A stretch of 64,000 bases of DNA, taken from assembly GCA_951406725.2 (NCBI GenBank), contig OX597814.1:51336001-51400000 (forward strand). The letters are read 5' to 3'. How positions within the stretch are numbered: the first letter of the stretch is position 1; every line of letters starts with the position of its first letter. The position numbers and the translations under genes were made by a program. Below the pieces are notes generated by a model. That model was not told the origin of the DNA, did no database searches, and saw only the letters and a list, made by a program, of their open reading frames with translations. Of the stretch, positions 51,829-64,000 are shown piece after piece. The DNA is from Octopus vulgaris (lineage: Eukaryota).

Positions 51829-52058
51829 TTCTTTATTACTCGCAAGGGGCTAAACATAGAGGAGACAAACAAGGACAGACAAAGGTATTAAGTCGATTAC
51901 CTTGACCCCAGTGTGCAACTGGTACTTAATTTATCAACCCCGAAAGGATGAAAGGCAAAGTCGACCTCGGCGGAATTTGAACTCAGAACGTAACAGCAGA
52001 TGAAATTCGGTTAAGCATTTCGCCCGGTGTGCTAACACGTCTGCCAGCTCGCCGCCTT
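51829..52058 (-). mobile_element. Full-length Nin/Deu-domain tRNA SINE
   Basis: Head ggcggcgagctggcag, B-box GAGTTCAAATTCC and the Nin-like core. Further fragments at 56257-56330 and 56438-56600. Confidence 0.85.
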
Positions 52059-52221
52059 AGGGGAAATGAATATAGTCAACTGAATATTACTACTATATAA
52101 CAAATGGTATTTATTTTATCAATCTTGGTAAAATGAAAGGAAATATATAGTAACTAAAATCCATGAAACATTTAATTTAGTTCTTAACTGTTGGTGCCAT
52201 CTCAACACTGTTTACATTTAT

Positions 52222-52426
52222 TCTTTTTACTTGTTTCAGTCATTTTGACTGTGGCCATGCTGGAGCACAACCTTTTTAGTCAAAGAAATTGTCCCTGGAC
52301 TTATTCTTTGTAAGCCTGGCAATTATTCTATCGGTCTCTTTCGCTGAACAACTAAGTTATGGGGACATAAACACACCAACATTGGTTGTCAAGCGATAAT
52401 GGTGAGACAAACACAGACACACAATT

Positions 52427-52472
<46 letters not shown>

Positions 52473-52490
52473 GACGAGCTTCTTTCAGAA
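52222..52490 (-). mobile_element. SINE 3' part (12120 family)
   Basis: Matches 6735-6970. Confidence 0.8.
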
Positions 52491-52626
52491 TAAAAGAAAA
52501 CTCTAAACCTTTAGAAACCATAGAACGTTTGGAAGAAGGAATAAAAAAGACAAATGTTTCTTTTTTTTCCTTCTTTTCTTAATCTGAGGAGGGATAAACC
52601 AGATAAAATTTAAGGCATTTACAAAC

Positions 52627-52751
52627 CTCATAAACATCACCTTTAATTGCTGCTTTTACAAGATCTTTCCATATTGTCCAGACATCAAGATCTACTTCTG
52701 TTTTAGGAAGAATGCGGTTTTCTGCAAGAGTTGTGTCATCCAACAAATCTG
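52627..52751 (-). CDS. ANKUB1-like gene, ubiquitin-like domain C-terminal exon
   Basis: Branch-like actgac, NAGNAG acceptor and gtttgt donor. DLLDDTTLAENRILPKTEVDLDVWTIWKDLVKAAIKGDVYE resembles ubiquitin LEDGRTLSDYNI and the ANKUB1 motif LDVWDGWKEFL (recalled from memory). Confidence 0.85.
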
Positions 52752-53117
52752 CTGCATTGAACAGGTAAACAGGTAAAAAGAGTGTCAGTAAATAAACTCG
52801 GAGTCTTTTCTATAGAATACAGGGAATGTTAGTTACTACTACTACATTGTGACTTTAAGGAAGAAGCCATGGAAAGAGTTAATATTTATCAATTGTTGCA
52901 AGGAAATTATATTTATTAAATGTGTGTAAACTTTGTCATTTTATCTGTTTGTACGACTATGTGGTTAAGCAGTTCGCTTTGAAAGTACATGGTGCCAGGT
53001 TTGATCCCACAGCACAGCACATTTGACAAATATCCTCAGATTGACCGATACCTTGTAAGAGGCATTTAATAGTCAAAAACCCATCATACACACACACATA
53101 TACAGAGTGAAGAGAGA

Positions 53118-53148
<31 letters not shown>

Positions 53149-53174
53149 CATGTTTGTGCATGTACATCTTTCAC

Positions 53175-53289
53175 CTGTGTACCTCAAGGAAAGATACAAA
53201 GAACAAGTAGGAAAACAGAAAAATGATATTTTTATGAAGTCCCTGGAGATATTTTTTTCCCATTGAGTTTGATTCCACTCCCTTGACAT
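53175..53289 (-). CDS. Possible upstream exon (or 8-nt microexon 53175-53182) of the ANKUB1-like gene
   Basis: ACAG|gtgaaa donor in phase 1, compatible with the next exon; open frame back to an ATG at 53289. Weak support. Confidence 0.3.
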
Positions 53290-53789
53290 TCTTATCATCA
53301 GAAATGCAGTGAACAAAGGAGTGGTCAGTTGGAAATTTGGGACCAGTAACCCTATTGTTTACATATTGCAATATACAATATAAAAATATTTATTAATCAT
53401 TTAATTACACTGCCAACAAATGAACACTATGCAAATTAGTTTAACCATTTCAGTTAGATCTTGGTTTGTGTCTGATTTAGTGTTAGCTATTCAGCTTTCT
53501 TCATTCAAGAGAAAAAGGGGTACATCTTCCTATCACTTATCCCTCCATCACTCTTCTAACAACTGCATTATTCTGCTGCTATAATCAATTAAGAGCAGAG
53601 CTACATGTACCATCATCCTCTCTTGTGCTACCAATTATCTTTCCCTCTTCCCTGAACTACCACCTCTTGACATATATCCCCTTATACTTCACACCTCTCA
53701 TATTATCTACTGACTACCCTTTCTATGCTGCCAGTATCACTCCCTCTCCCTAGAGACACTTCCTGTTAACACCCAAATTTCATTAGGAA

Positions 53790-54160
53790 CACCATTTCAT
53801 ACTACCATGCGTGGGTTGTTGCCAGTGCCACCTGGCTGGCTCCATATGCCAGTGCCACATAAAAAGCACCATCCGAACGTGGTTGATGCCAGACACCCCT
53901 GACTGACTCCTGTGATGGTAGCATGTAAAAAGCACCATCCAAACATGACCAATGCCAGTGCCATCTGACTGGCTCCCATACCAGTGGCATGTAAAAAACA
54001 CCCACTACACTCTCAGAGTGGTTGGCATCCAGCATCCAGCTATACAAAGATTGCCAGTTCAGACTGGAGCCTGGTGTGGCCTCCTGGTTTACCAGTCCCC
54101 AGTCAAACCGTCCAATGCCAGCATTGAAAACGGACATTAAACTATGATGATGATGATGAT
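53790..54160 (+). mobile_element. RTE 3' UTR/end
   Basis: ~65-bp units plus a (GAT)n tail, as at 2310-2700. Confidence 0.85.
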
Positions 54161-54210
<50 letters not shown>

Positions 54211-54767
54211 GCTTCTTTCAGTTTCTGTCTACCAAATTCACTCATGAGGCTTTGGTTGGCCTGAGGCTATAGTGGAAGACACTCTTAAAATATAGAGTTG
54301 AATTTTGTGTTGCCACCTGTTGGCAACTTTTCTCCTCACCCATTTTGTAGGGAGTGTTACCCATTTTCCTGGGCTCTTTTCACAGCTATACCCCATTCGA
54401 AATTTGCATTAGTTTTTGTATGAAAGAAAAAACCCCAAAGGGAGCATGGCTTGTTTGTAGTTTGTAAGGAAATGTTAAACATGCCTGAAAAAAACATGGT
54501 CTTTTCTCCAACTTAAAGACACGAAGAACTATAAAAGAATGTGAATAAATACTGGGGGTAGGGGAAAGAAGAGAGAACAAACACTTGATCATTCTCGAAC
54601 TCCCAGAATAAAAATGTAAACACCTGAAAGACTTTCCCTCTTCTTTATTGTTAAAAGTAAAGAAGATTGAAAAGATTGATCGTATTTCAGTCTAATTGTC
54701 ATTGTAAATGACTGATGCATTCCTTTCTCTGTCTCTATCGTTTCACTCCTTTTCTCTACAGTTAAGA

Positions 54768-55097
54768 GAGTGAAGCTGCGTGGCTCAGTGATTAGGGGTA
54801 TTTGGCCAACAATCATATAGTCACAAGTATGATACCTGATGGTGCACTGTGTTCTTGAGCAAAGTACTCTACTTCACCTTGCTGCAGTCCACTCAGCTGG
54901 CAAAAATGAGTTGTAGTTGTAATTCAAAGGGCCAGCCTTGTCATTCTGTGTAAGGATGAATCTCCCTAAGAACTACATTATAGTATGCATGTCTATGGAG
55001 TACTGAGTACTCAGCCACTTGCACATTAATTTTATGAGCAGACTGTTCCATTGATCAAATAACAGGAACCTTGTTGTCGTAAGCAACAGAGTGCCAC
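54768..55097 (+). mobile_element. tRNA/CORE-like SINE
   Basis: Head gtggctcagtgattagg and block cttgagcaaagtact...cagtccactcagctgg; partial duplicate at 55405-55545. Confidence 0.7.
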
Positions 55098-57364
55098 TTT
55101 TTAAAAAAGAGTGAAAAAGAAATGTTCCATATCATAAGGCAAAAATGCCATGTGTTTAGTATAAGCAGTGAAAGCTAAGATGAAATAATTGCTATTACAT
55201 CATGCGTTTGCCCTTGACTCATGCTCAGTTTGATAACAGCAGCCTGAGCATCGGTGTTTATCTGGGTGTTTGGCCTCCAGATCTGTGAGACCCACAACTG
55301 CCACTGTTAGGACTGGTTTAACACGCATAGTGACCCTAATGACGAAAAAGATTTTCCTGCTCCTATAAAGGATCTTTTTCATTTTCTTCCAACCACTTGA
55401 AGGTTTATCTTGCTCCAGTCCACTCAGCTGGCCAAAATGAATTGTAGCTGTAATTGTCATATTCTGTGTGAGGCTGAATCTCTCTGAGAACTACGCTAAT
55501 GCTATGCATGTCTGTAGAGTACTCAGCCACTTGCAAGTTAATCTTATCCTCATGTGGCAATGAAAAGTGAAAGTGACATCCAATATTTTCTGTAGTTATT
55601 TGTCTTTGATTTAACAATGTCTATGTATCAACTTTTCTTTTGATCTATGCATCTACTTTTCTTGCGATGTGATAAACATTTAAAAACAAAACAAACGCCA
55701 TCACCACTCACTGTCTCTTTCTCTCTGAAACAATTATATAACACAAAACAAATACTGTCACCACTCAATGTCTCTTTCACTCTCTCTCATTTTGCTACTT
55801 ACTTCTTCTTTTGAAGTGTGATACACACCACAGGTACATACAAAAACAAACAAAACTAAGAGTATTAATATTATTGACATATACACCCTCAACTCTAATC
55901 ATCTATTTCTCTCCTCCTCTCACATCACACAAGTGAACTTAACCACTCACTCTTCCTAATCCCTTGTCTATTCTTTCTTATACTCACCTTCTTGTATTTT
56001 GAAAGTATGTTCTGACACTTCATCATCTCTATCAGTTTTCTTTCCAATTACTCCCACCCTTATATTATGCAAGGCAACCATGTATTTCCTCTACAGCAAG
56101 GCACCTGTGCCTGTTCATCTGTCATACTTCAGCATCTCAACACTGGGCATAGAGCATCTTCCCTGTCTACTGCAATCCCATTCAGTTGAAGAGTCATTTT
56201 CTTTGTCTTGCGAGTTAATCAGCAGCCTCACTAGTGCCAGTATTTCATCTGTGTGAACATTCTGAGTTCAAATTCCACCGAGGTCGACTTTGCCTTTCAT
56301 CCTTGTGCCTTTAGTAGAAAGGATATTAGAAACCATGCCAAAACAAATATTGGAGCCTAATGCAGTCTTCCAGTTCACTAGATCCTGTCAAACCATCCAA
56401 CCCACGCCAGCATAGAAGATGGACATGAAATGATAATCTTTTCTACTAAAGGTACAAGGCCTGAAATTTGGGGGGAGGGAGCTAGTTGATTTCATCAACC
56501 CAATGCATAACTGGTACTTATTTAATCGACCCCGGTGGAATTTGAACTCAGAACGTAGCAGCAGATGAAATACTGCTAAGCATTTCGCCTGGTGTGCTAA
56601 TGATGATGATGACTGAAATACATGTGTGTGTATGAATGTAAGTGCATGTCTATGTGTTTGTGTTTATCACTGCTTGGAAAATGCAGGCTGCATTTTAACA
56701 GCAGCTAGAGTTGCAAACTCTGTTTGGTAGGGAAGTGGATGGTCCTGAACAATTCTCCTTATATGGATATTTTGTTGAATTCCAAAAAGGATATTTTTAT
56801 GCCTTGCTTCCACAAATGTAAATATAGTCTACACTTGTTGAGTCCTACCAAGCAGCTGAGACTGGTGTAATTTATTCCATTCCAACACTCTCAGACATTC
56901 TTTTCCTTATCCCTAAACACCTCTCACATGTACACATACGTACATGTAATACACTAACTTTGCCTTTTCCTCCATCCACTTGCTTTACAATCTAACTTTT
57001 TTCATACCCGGGTAAATAACTTTGAAAGCCTTTTTCAAAATGCATCTTGATAAATTCAAGGTTTTCTTAGGTTTCATTTTCCAGCTTCCTGCAGCCAAGT
57101 AGTTTACTTTGCTTTTACCCTTCTACCTGACTAGATGTTAATTTTTGAAACTCCAGTACAAATGATGTCTGGTTATACATTTCCAGTCAAGTGATGATTA
57201 GGTGGTTTCACTTTCTGCTTAGCAAAGTCTGACCCTGCATGAAATCGCCTGGCATTTTTGTTTCGCCACAACTTTGTTTTTAATTTATAATAATATATTC
57301 AAACTGTTTGGTTGTTTGTGTGTGTGTGTGTATATGTATGTGTGTTTTCCTCTTTTTAATTTAG

Positions 57365-57925
57365 AATAAAATTTGACAGGCCACCTACTCAGTTGCAAGG
57401 TTGTGAAGGACAGCATTTTGTTTTGTTTATCATCCTTACAAATTTTTATTACCCCAGATATTGTGATCATTTGTGGTGTACGAATTGAAGAGTTGAATTC
57501 TCTTCCAAAGAATCCAAGATCATCCATACTTTGCTTTAGGTGGATTGGTATGTATCCTGCTGCTCTGATAATAATAGTTATGAATCTGAAAGTGCATCCT
57601 GAGCACTGGATTTGCAAACTCTTTATCAATGGTCCATAGATGTCCTCTTTTTCTTGTATTTTCTAACCACACTGAGTCCTGAGGGTAGCTGATTTCCACA
57701 ACAGAGCACATCTTTTCCTTGCTATCTCACACAACAATATCTGGTTGGTTGTGTTTTAACTTGGTTGCTGTTTTAATTTTTAAGTTCTGCCAATATCTTA
57801 TTGACCCATAAGTCTCAATAAGGTCAACTTCATTTGTGGATGTTTTCTTTTTTGTCATCCTAGTCCAAACTGTTCTGCCCACATCATGCCTCGTGGGAAG
57901 ATAATATCTGGAAAACATTCTCTCA
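57365..57925 (-). mobile_element. RLE-endonuclease non-LTR retrotransposon (R4/Dong-like) 3' fragment
   Basis: YLPTRHD...YWQNLKIKTATKLKHNQPDIVV...CSVVEISYPQD...IIIRAAGYIP, a PD-(D/E)xK restriction-like endonuclease. Confidence 0.8.
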
Positions 57926-59869
57926 CAGTTTCACTTCTTCTTTTCTGCACAAAGCACTTCAGTTAATTATTCTGTCCCAGAACTGAAACTCTCTGGAATT
58001 CATTACTTGTCCATATCTTTTTCTGTGCAGACACGAAACTTGACACAACTTGCAAAAGACATGAGCACTGCTCTCTTTTCTTTGACTAACTTTAAAAAAA
58101 AAAAAGAGATCAGGTCAACTACTAGACAATTGAAATTCAAGCAAGCATGATATTGCATCGCCAATTTAAAGGATTTGAGTTCAAATGCACTGCAGGCATT
58201 CCATTCTATATTTGTACAGTTTACTTAATTGTGTTTTTCAGAATAAATATCAGATCTTCAGAGTATGTCTGTCACCTGAGATAGACTGACATTTTAATTA
58301 GAGAGTTTATATTTCACCTGCTTCTTGCCAAAGAAGTAAAGCTAACAGAAGTCTTAACACAACACATTTTTTTTTTTACTGACTGTCCATAAAACCTAAA
58401 GGCAACATACATTAGAATACATCTGACATACTGAGGATGATGCACCCTCTTCTTTAATATATTCTAGATTACATAAAAATATTTTGGCAGATATTAAGTA
58501 AGCTTTAACTCATCAGTCTACAAACACTGACCTAGGCCCACAGTGTCTCATTTTCACCTCGCGATTAACTTTAGTGGATATTGTTTTGAACTTGCAGATT
58601 ATGCAATGTCCTAAAGTAAATCAATTTCATGCACTTGTCTCTCTCACTTCCATCAAAATAGTTGTCAATATTTTGAATGGTATGTAGAAGGCTACAGTGG
58701 CATGTAAGATAAGATAAATGGGAGGAGATAATGTATAAAGAATGGGTTTAAGTGAGCAATTCAGGGAAGTATTGTAATAATAGTTGTAGAAATAGAAGAA
58801 GTGTCTATTTAATTGATTGGAAATTGTTGTAGAGACCCAGAAAGTAATGGTTTGTCTACTATGCAAGCTAACAAGTAGTTAGTAGATTTTATAAACACCA
58901 TCATCATCATCATCATCATCGTTTAACGATGATGATGATGATGATGATATATATGGCAGGTACTTTGATCCATATATCTGAAAAGAATTTTTGTACAGAA
59001 TGTATTTTTACCATGGCTATTCAATGATGACATATTAATTGTCCCTCAAAAGAAAAATTAAATATTTGTGTTGCAATCTTAGCTATATGAAGAAAGTGCA
59101 TGTTCCCATATGTCACAAGAAACTGTTTGGCATGACATTTACAATGTAGTTTGGAGCTTTTAGCTATCAGCAAATAGTTTATGAATGACATGTTTCTTTA
59201 GATATACAGTTTTGAATGACAATGGAATGAGACTCCGTTACTATGTGGTTTATATGTTTTGAGTAATATAGTATTTGCTTTCTCAATGATATGGATAAGG
59301 ACTGTAGGCAAAATCTAAGGCAGAAGTATTGCTGGAATATTTTATTGGATTCCAAGATTTCCATTAGCATAAATGTAACTATCGTCCTTTTAAGGAGTGG
59401 AATATTTATCACAATTGTATCAATTAACGTCAGTATAAAGTAGTGTGAATCTAACTATATGTCATTATAAAGAAAATGGTCCATAAATCAATAATGATTG
59501 TATTATTATTGTTTAAATCCGAAGTCAGACCATTAGGGTAATAACTATTTCCAACAGCTGGGGTGACCATGTAGACACTCCCACCATAGGTGATGCCATA
59601 AAAGGGTAAAAGATTGTCTAAGTAAGTAGTCAGCCTGAAATATCTAGGTTTTGTATGTGGGAGACACTAAGAGCAGAGGTATAGTTGTAATCAAAGATCA
59701 AAATGGGCATTCTATGTTGATATCTTTGTGACCAGGTATATGCTGTAAGTTTACTCTCCAGTGCTTGAAATGTTGAAAACAAAACTTGTTTGCAATTGTA
59801 ATTACATTTGTGTTTTGTTACCATATAAATTACTCTTGTGTATTTTATGTCTACTGAAACAAGGTGACC

Positions 59870-60095
59870 ACAGTTTCCTTTATCGGCCCACTGGTTAACG
59901 GAAACAGCATCTTTCACAGTGATGCCAAAGACATGGCTGAGATCCTGCAAAGTCAATACTACTCTGTTTTCAGTGACCCTGATTCAGTAGACTCAAGCAG
60001 CTTTGCTTCTCTGAATCCTCAACATGTCCTTTCCAACATAACCTTCAACGCCACTGATATCCTAGCAGCAATAAAAGAAATCAAACCTGATTCAC
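59870..60095 (+). mobile_element. CR1/L2-like LINE linker fragment
   Basis: IGPL...DAKDMAEILQSQYYSVFS...DILAAIKEIKPDS. Confidence 0.7.
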
Positions 60096-60464
60096 TGAAT
60101 ATCATAAATGTCAATGAGATGATGGTCAAGCTGCTTAAATTTATGGCAGTTGAAGGACCATATACACCTGTAGTCTCCAAGAGGCATTAATTCAAAAATA
60201 ATTATAGTTGGCGATTAAAAACTTCTAGTATCTATTGAAAATAAAAATGGAAAAATAAAATACTGCATTTTAAAATTTAAAATGAAATGCTTTATTTTTC
60301 ATTTTTTTTTTTTTTTTTGACAATCTAAGCACTTGTGTGGGTCTGTGGTATGAACTTTGCTTCCCATTCACATGGTTCTGGATTTAGAGCTGCCCAAAGC
60401 CTTGAGTGGATTTAGTAAATGGAAACTAAAAGAGGTCAGTCATATATTGGCACACACACACACA

Positions 60465-60507
<43 letters not shown>

Positions 60508-60910
60508 CAAAAATGGGACAAAACATCCAGACAGTTAGGTGATACAAAAAAGGAACAACAAAACAAGAACGGGTCATTCGGAGTTTTCTTTCCTCAGTCA
60601 AGTTCCAGATTATCTTTGCAATTTCAGATGGTTATACTCGAGATTGTTCCAATCTGGCCAGCCCCAAGGAAAAACTAAGCTAAGAGCATTAGATTCCTTG
60701 AAAGAAAGCAGCGAATGTATACGAAAACAAGGACAGAAAAAAACGGAGAAATGCTACACAATTATAACTGCAAATAACAGGACATAATAACAGGTGTTAT
60801 TTGACTAAGGACAAATTAAATTAAGCTGGCATATGTGAAAGTAAAGCCTTATGACAGGGACATAAGATATGACAGACACAAGAAGGAATATAGATGTTGC
60901 ACAGATAGTA

Positions 60911-62202
60911 CGAGGGACGTTCAATAAGTAATGCCTCTGACCCACTTCCAGGTGTTTGATCTAGTTGAAATTTTGCATGTGCAATTACGTATATCTCTAT
61001 AGATTAGGTGGCAAATTACAGCTCTGAACTAATTATGGTTTCTGATTTACAGGTGTTTGAACTGAGTCAAGTGTGAAATGGAGCCTGTTGAGTGTCGAGC
61101 AGTGATCCGGTTTTTGTATTTGAAAGGACGCACACCATGGGAGACTTTTGATGAAATGAAAGTAACTTATGGTGATGATGCCCCATCATATGACCTTGTA
61201 AAACGCTGGCATCGTGAATTCAAACATGGTCGGAACTCTGTGGAAACAGCTCCTAGATCTGGTCGACCCCCTTCTGCCATTGATGAGGCATCTGTCCGTC
61301 AAGTTGAGGCTGCCATTTTGGAAGATCGACGCATAACTATTTGCCAAATAGCCCATGAGGTCAAGATTAGTACCAGGTCAGTGGAAACTATCATTCATGA
61401 CCATTTGCATATGCAAAAGGTGTCTGCCAGATGGATTCCCAGGTTGCTCACAACTTTCCAGAAGCAAGAACGCGTCGAGTGCTCGAGGATGAATTTGGAG
61501 ACGTACCAAGAAGATGAGTCAAACTTTTTCAAAAGACTGATTACACAGGATGAAACCTGGGTCCATCACTATGATCCAGAGACCAAAGCCCAGTCAATGC
61601 AGTGGAAGCACCGTGACTCACCTCCTCCAAAGAAGGCAAGGGTGCAGCCCTCTGCTGGCAAGGTCATGCTCACAGTCTTCTGGCACCAGGACGGAGTAGT
61701 GATGACAGATTTCCTGGCAAAGGGTACCACAATTACAGGAGCCTATTATGCTTCACTTTTGAGGAAATTAAGAGAAGCTATCAAAATCAAGAGGCGGGGC
61801 AAGATCAGCGAAGGCATCCTCCTCCTGCAGGACAACGCTCCGGTCCACAACTCACGTGTCGCCAGATCAGAAGCACAGGCATGCGGCTTTGAACTCCTCC
61901 CCCACCCCCCTACTCTCCTGACCTTGCACCCTCTGATTTTCACCTCTTCCCAGCCATGAAGTTGTTTTTGAAAGGAAAGCATTTCCCAGATGATGCAGCC
62001 TTGATTTCTAAAGTCACGTCGTGGATGGAGGACAAAGCTGGGGTCTTTTACAAAAACGGTCTCCAGAGCTGGATCAAACGATGGGAGAAATGCGTAACTC
62101 TGAGTGGTTCCTATGTAGAAAAAGACCAATAACTGTGCCAAGTTTCGTTGCTCTACTGCTATGGGAAGTGGGTCAGGGGCATTACTTATTGAACGCCCCT
62201 CA
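60911..62202 (+). mobile_element. Full-length mariner (DD34D), same family as 42239-43529
   Basis: TA TSDs, matching TIRs, 1292 bp. Confidence 0.95.
61078..62132 (+). pseudogene. Mariner transposase with one apparent -1 frameshift
   Basis: Open from the ATG through WIPRLLT, DETW and QDNAPVH. One C is missing in the poly-C run before YSPDLAPSD. D-D spacing is 34. Confidence 0.9.
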
Positions 62203-62814
62203 TAGTCGAACTAAGAGAGAAAGGTCAAGCTTAGTTGAACACCAGTTACATGGGGCGAGAAGAGACAGAAGTAGAGGCAGAGGGATAGAAGAATTAAGGA
62301 GGAGTGAGAAAAAAATGAAAGGGACTCAGTGAAGTGAAAGAGGAGGGAAAGTGAGCATGAAGAGGAGGCCAGGAAATGTGAGAGAGGGGGAACAAAAGAA
62401 CAAGGAGTGGAATGAACAAAGTAAGTGTGAAAGGGCTGATAGAAAGAATGAAAGAATAATAGAGTCGTACAAAATTTAGATATATATACATACTTACATA
62501 TAAGAGACCAAAATGTACATGCGCTGCTATATTTTTATATATAAAAAATACAAAATTGGGACAAGAACGTAAAACATCCAGACAGTTAGGTGATACAAAA
62601 AAGGGACAACAAAACATCCAGACAGATGATACAAAGAAAACAAGGACGGGTCATTCAGAGTTTTCTTTCCTCAGTCGAGTTCCAGATTATCTTTGCTATT
62701 TCAGATGGTTATACTCGAGATTGCTCCAATCTGGCCAGCCCCAAGGAAAAATTAAGCTATATATATATATATGTGAAGGGATAATTAATAATTATAATCA
62801 CCTTATTAGCATAT

Positions 62815-63215
62815 CACCATCATCATCATTTAACGTCCGTTTTCCATGCTGGTATGAGTTGGACGGTTTGACTGGAGACTGGCAAGCCAGGAGGTTATAC
62901 CAGGCTCCAATCTGATCTGGCAATGTTTCTACAGCTGGATGCCCTTCCTAACGCCAACCACTCTGAGAATATAGTGGGTGCTTTTTACATGTCACCAGCA
63001 CAGGAGCCAGTCAGGTGGCATTGGTCACGTTCGAATGGTGCTTTTTATGTGCCACGGCACAGGAGCTAGTCGGGGCAGGGGGCTGGCATTGACCATGTTT
63101 GGACGGTGCTTTTTATGGGCCACCGCCACAGGGAGCCTGTCAGGCGTCTCTGGCAGCGACCCACGCATGAATGAATGGTGTTTTCCATGTGCCACCAGCA
63201 CTGGTAATGGCCACA
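62815..63215 (-). mobile_element. RTE 3' UTR/end
   Basis: (ATC)n tail and ~65-bp units in reverse orientation. Confidence 0.85.
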
Positions 63216-63398
63216 ACAATTTCCATTGGATTGTGATTTGATTTTTAAAATAATAATGAAATTTTTGTATACAGTGCTCAGGTGCACCACAACTTGTCAG
63301 AAAGTGCATATAAAGTACATGCAGTAATGTAAAAATGCCTGGAAAGCGAACAATGTATGAGTCAGATACATGCTTGTGTGTGTATGGAGGGGAGAAAA

Positions 63399-64000
63399 TC
63401 AGGTGTAGTGTTGGCAAATCTCAGAAAGCATGGAAGTTTTGAAGGATGCAGTGCTCCGACAACTAACAACTGATGCTGGCAGTTTGTTCCAGGCTTCAGC
63501 AACTCTCAGCGTGAAAAAATGTTTCCTGAAGTCATGGGAGCTGTGCTGTTTTCTGACTTTGTAAATATGTCCACGGGTGTTAGATGGGTGGAGTTTGAAA
63601 AGGTGCTCAGAGTTATTGTTTGTAAGATGGTTAATAATTTTATGGGTGTCTGCCAAGTCAGCTGCCAGACGTCGGAGTTTCAATGTGTCCATGCCCAGGG
63701 AAGTAAGGCATTCAGGATATGGCAAACGCCTGATGGATGGTATTCTTTTGGTTGCACGTCGCTGAACGGCTTCCAGACGATTGATATCCTGGGCAAGATA
63801 GGGGTTCCATACCGGTGATGCAAATTCCAGGTGAGGTCTTACCATAGCTATATAAAGCCGCAGATAGATAGCCGGAGAGCGGCTCACAAAGGATTTGGTG
63901 AGTGATGCCAAGACACCCTCAGCCTTCTTGACAATTTTAGCGATGTGTTTTGTCCAACGCAAATCACTGTCGACAATAACACCCAGGTCACGTTCACATG
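63399..64000 (-). mobile_element. CR1/L2-group LINE ORF2 C-terminus (continues beyond window)
   Basis: ERDLGVIVD...LYIAMVRPHLEFASPVWNPY...LEAVQRRATK...FFTLRVAEAWNKLP. Confidence 0.92.

Larger units (their letters stand above)
60503..62758. repeat. ~180-210-bp direct repeat pair (60503-60680, 62543-62758) flanking the mariner
   Basis: Near-identical blocks 'aaaatacaaaa.tgggacaa...ccagccccaaggaaaa'. Possibly tandem Penelope-like terminal repeats. Confidence 0.8.

Noticed and set aside
54589-54816. 75-aa minus-strand ORF as an upstream exon of the host gene
   Set aside because: It overlaps a SINE head, has no ubiquitin-like motif, and has no convincing splice-site pair.
60560-60680. Minus-strand CTGAGGA...GAA as a hammerhead (also at 62645-62750)
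   Set aside because: No convincing stem II or GAAA-stem III-NUH arrangement in either copy.

Overview
AT-rich, microsatellite-dense eukaryotic DNA. The mix of repeats (RTE LINEs with (GAT)n tails, tRNA/Nin-domain SINEs, Penelope ends) suggests a mollusc, probably an octopus; this is inferred, not proven. One host gene can be rebuilt on the minus strand: an ANKUB1-like protein with a ubiquitin-like domain, ankyrin repeats and a charged tail. It has at least 9 phase-consistent exons between 27.5 and 52.8 kb, and its C-terminal region grew by tandem duplication of exon+intron units. The rest is transposon debris: RTE, CR1/L2-like, R4/Dong-like and Penelope retroelements; mariner, maT and IS630-Tc1 DNA transposons; Helitrons; SINEs. 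Most notable: (1) several type I hammerhead ribozyme motifs from unrelated Penelope-like ends; (2) a 7.4-kb block bounded by a Helitron 5'-TC and 3'-CTAG that splits an RTE reading frame exactly at A|T; (3) a long-TIR IS630/Tc1-like family with a variable 21-bp subterminal array; (4) a perfect 212-bp palindrome; (5) two full-length mariners in opposite orientation that bracket host exons. Identities and family assignments were judged by eye; no searches were run.
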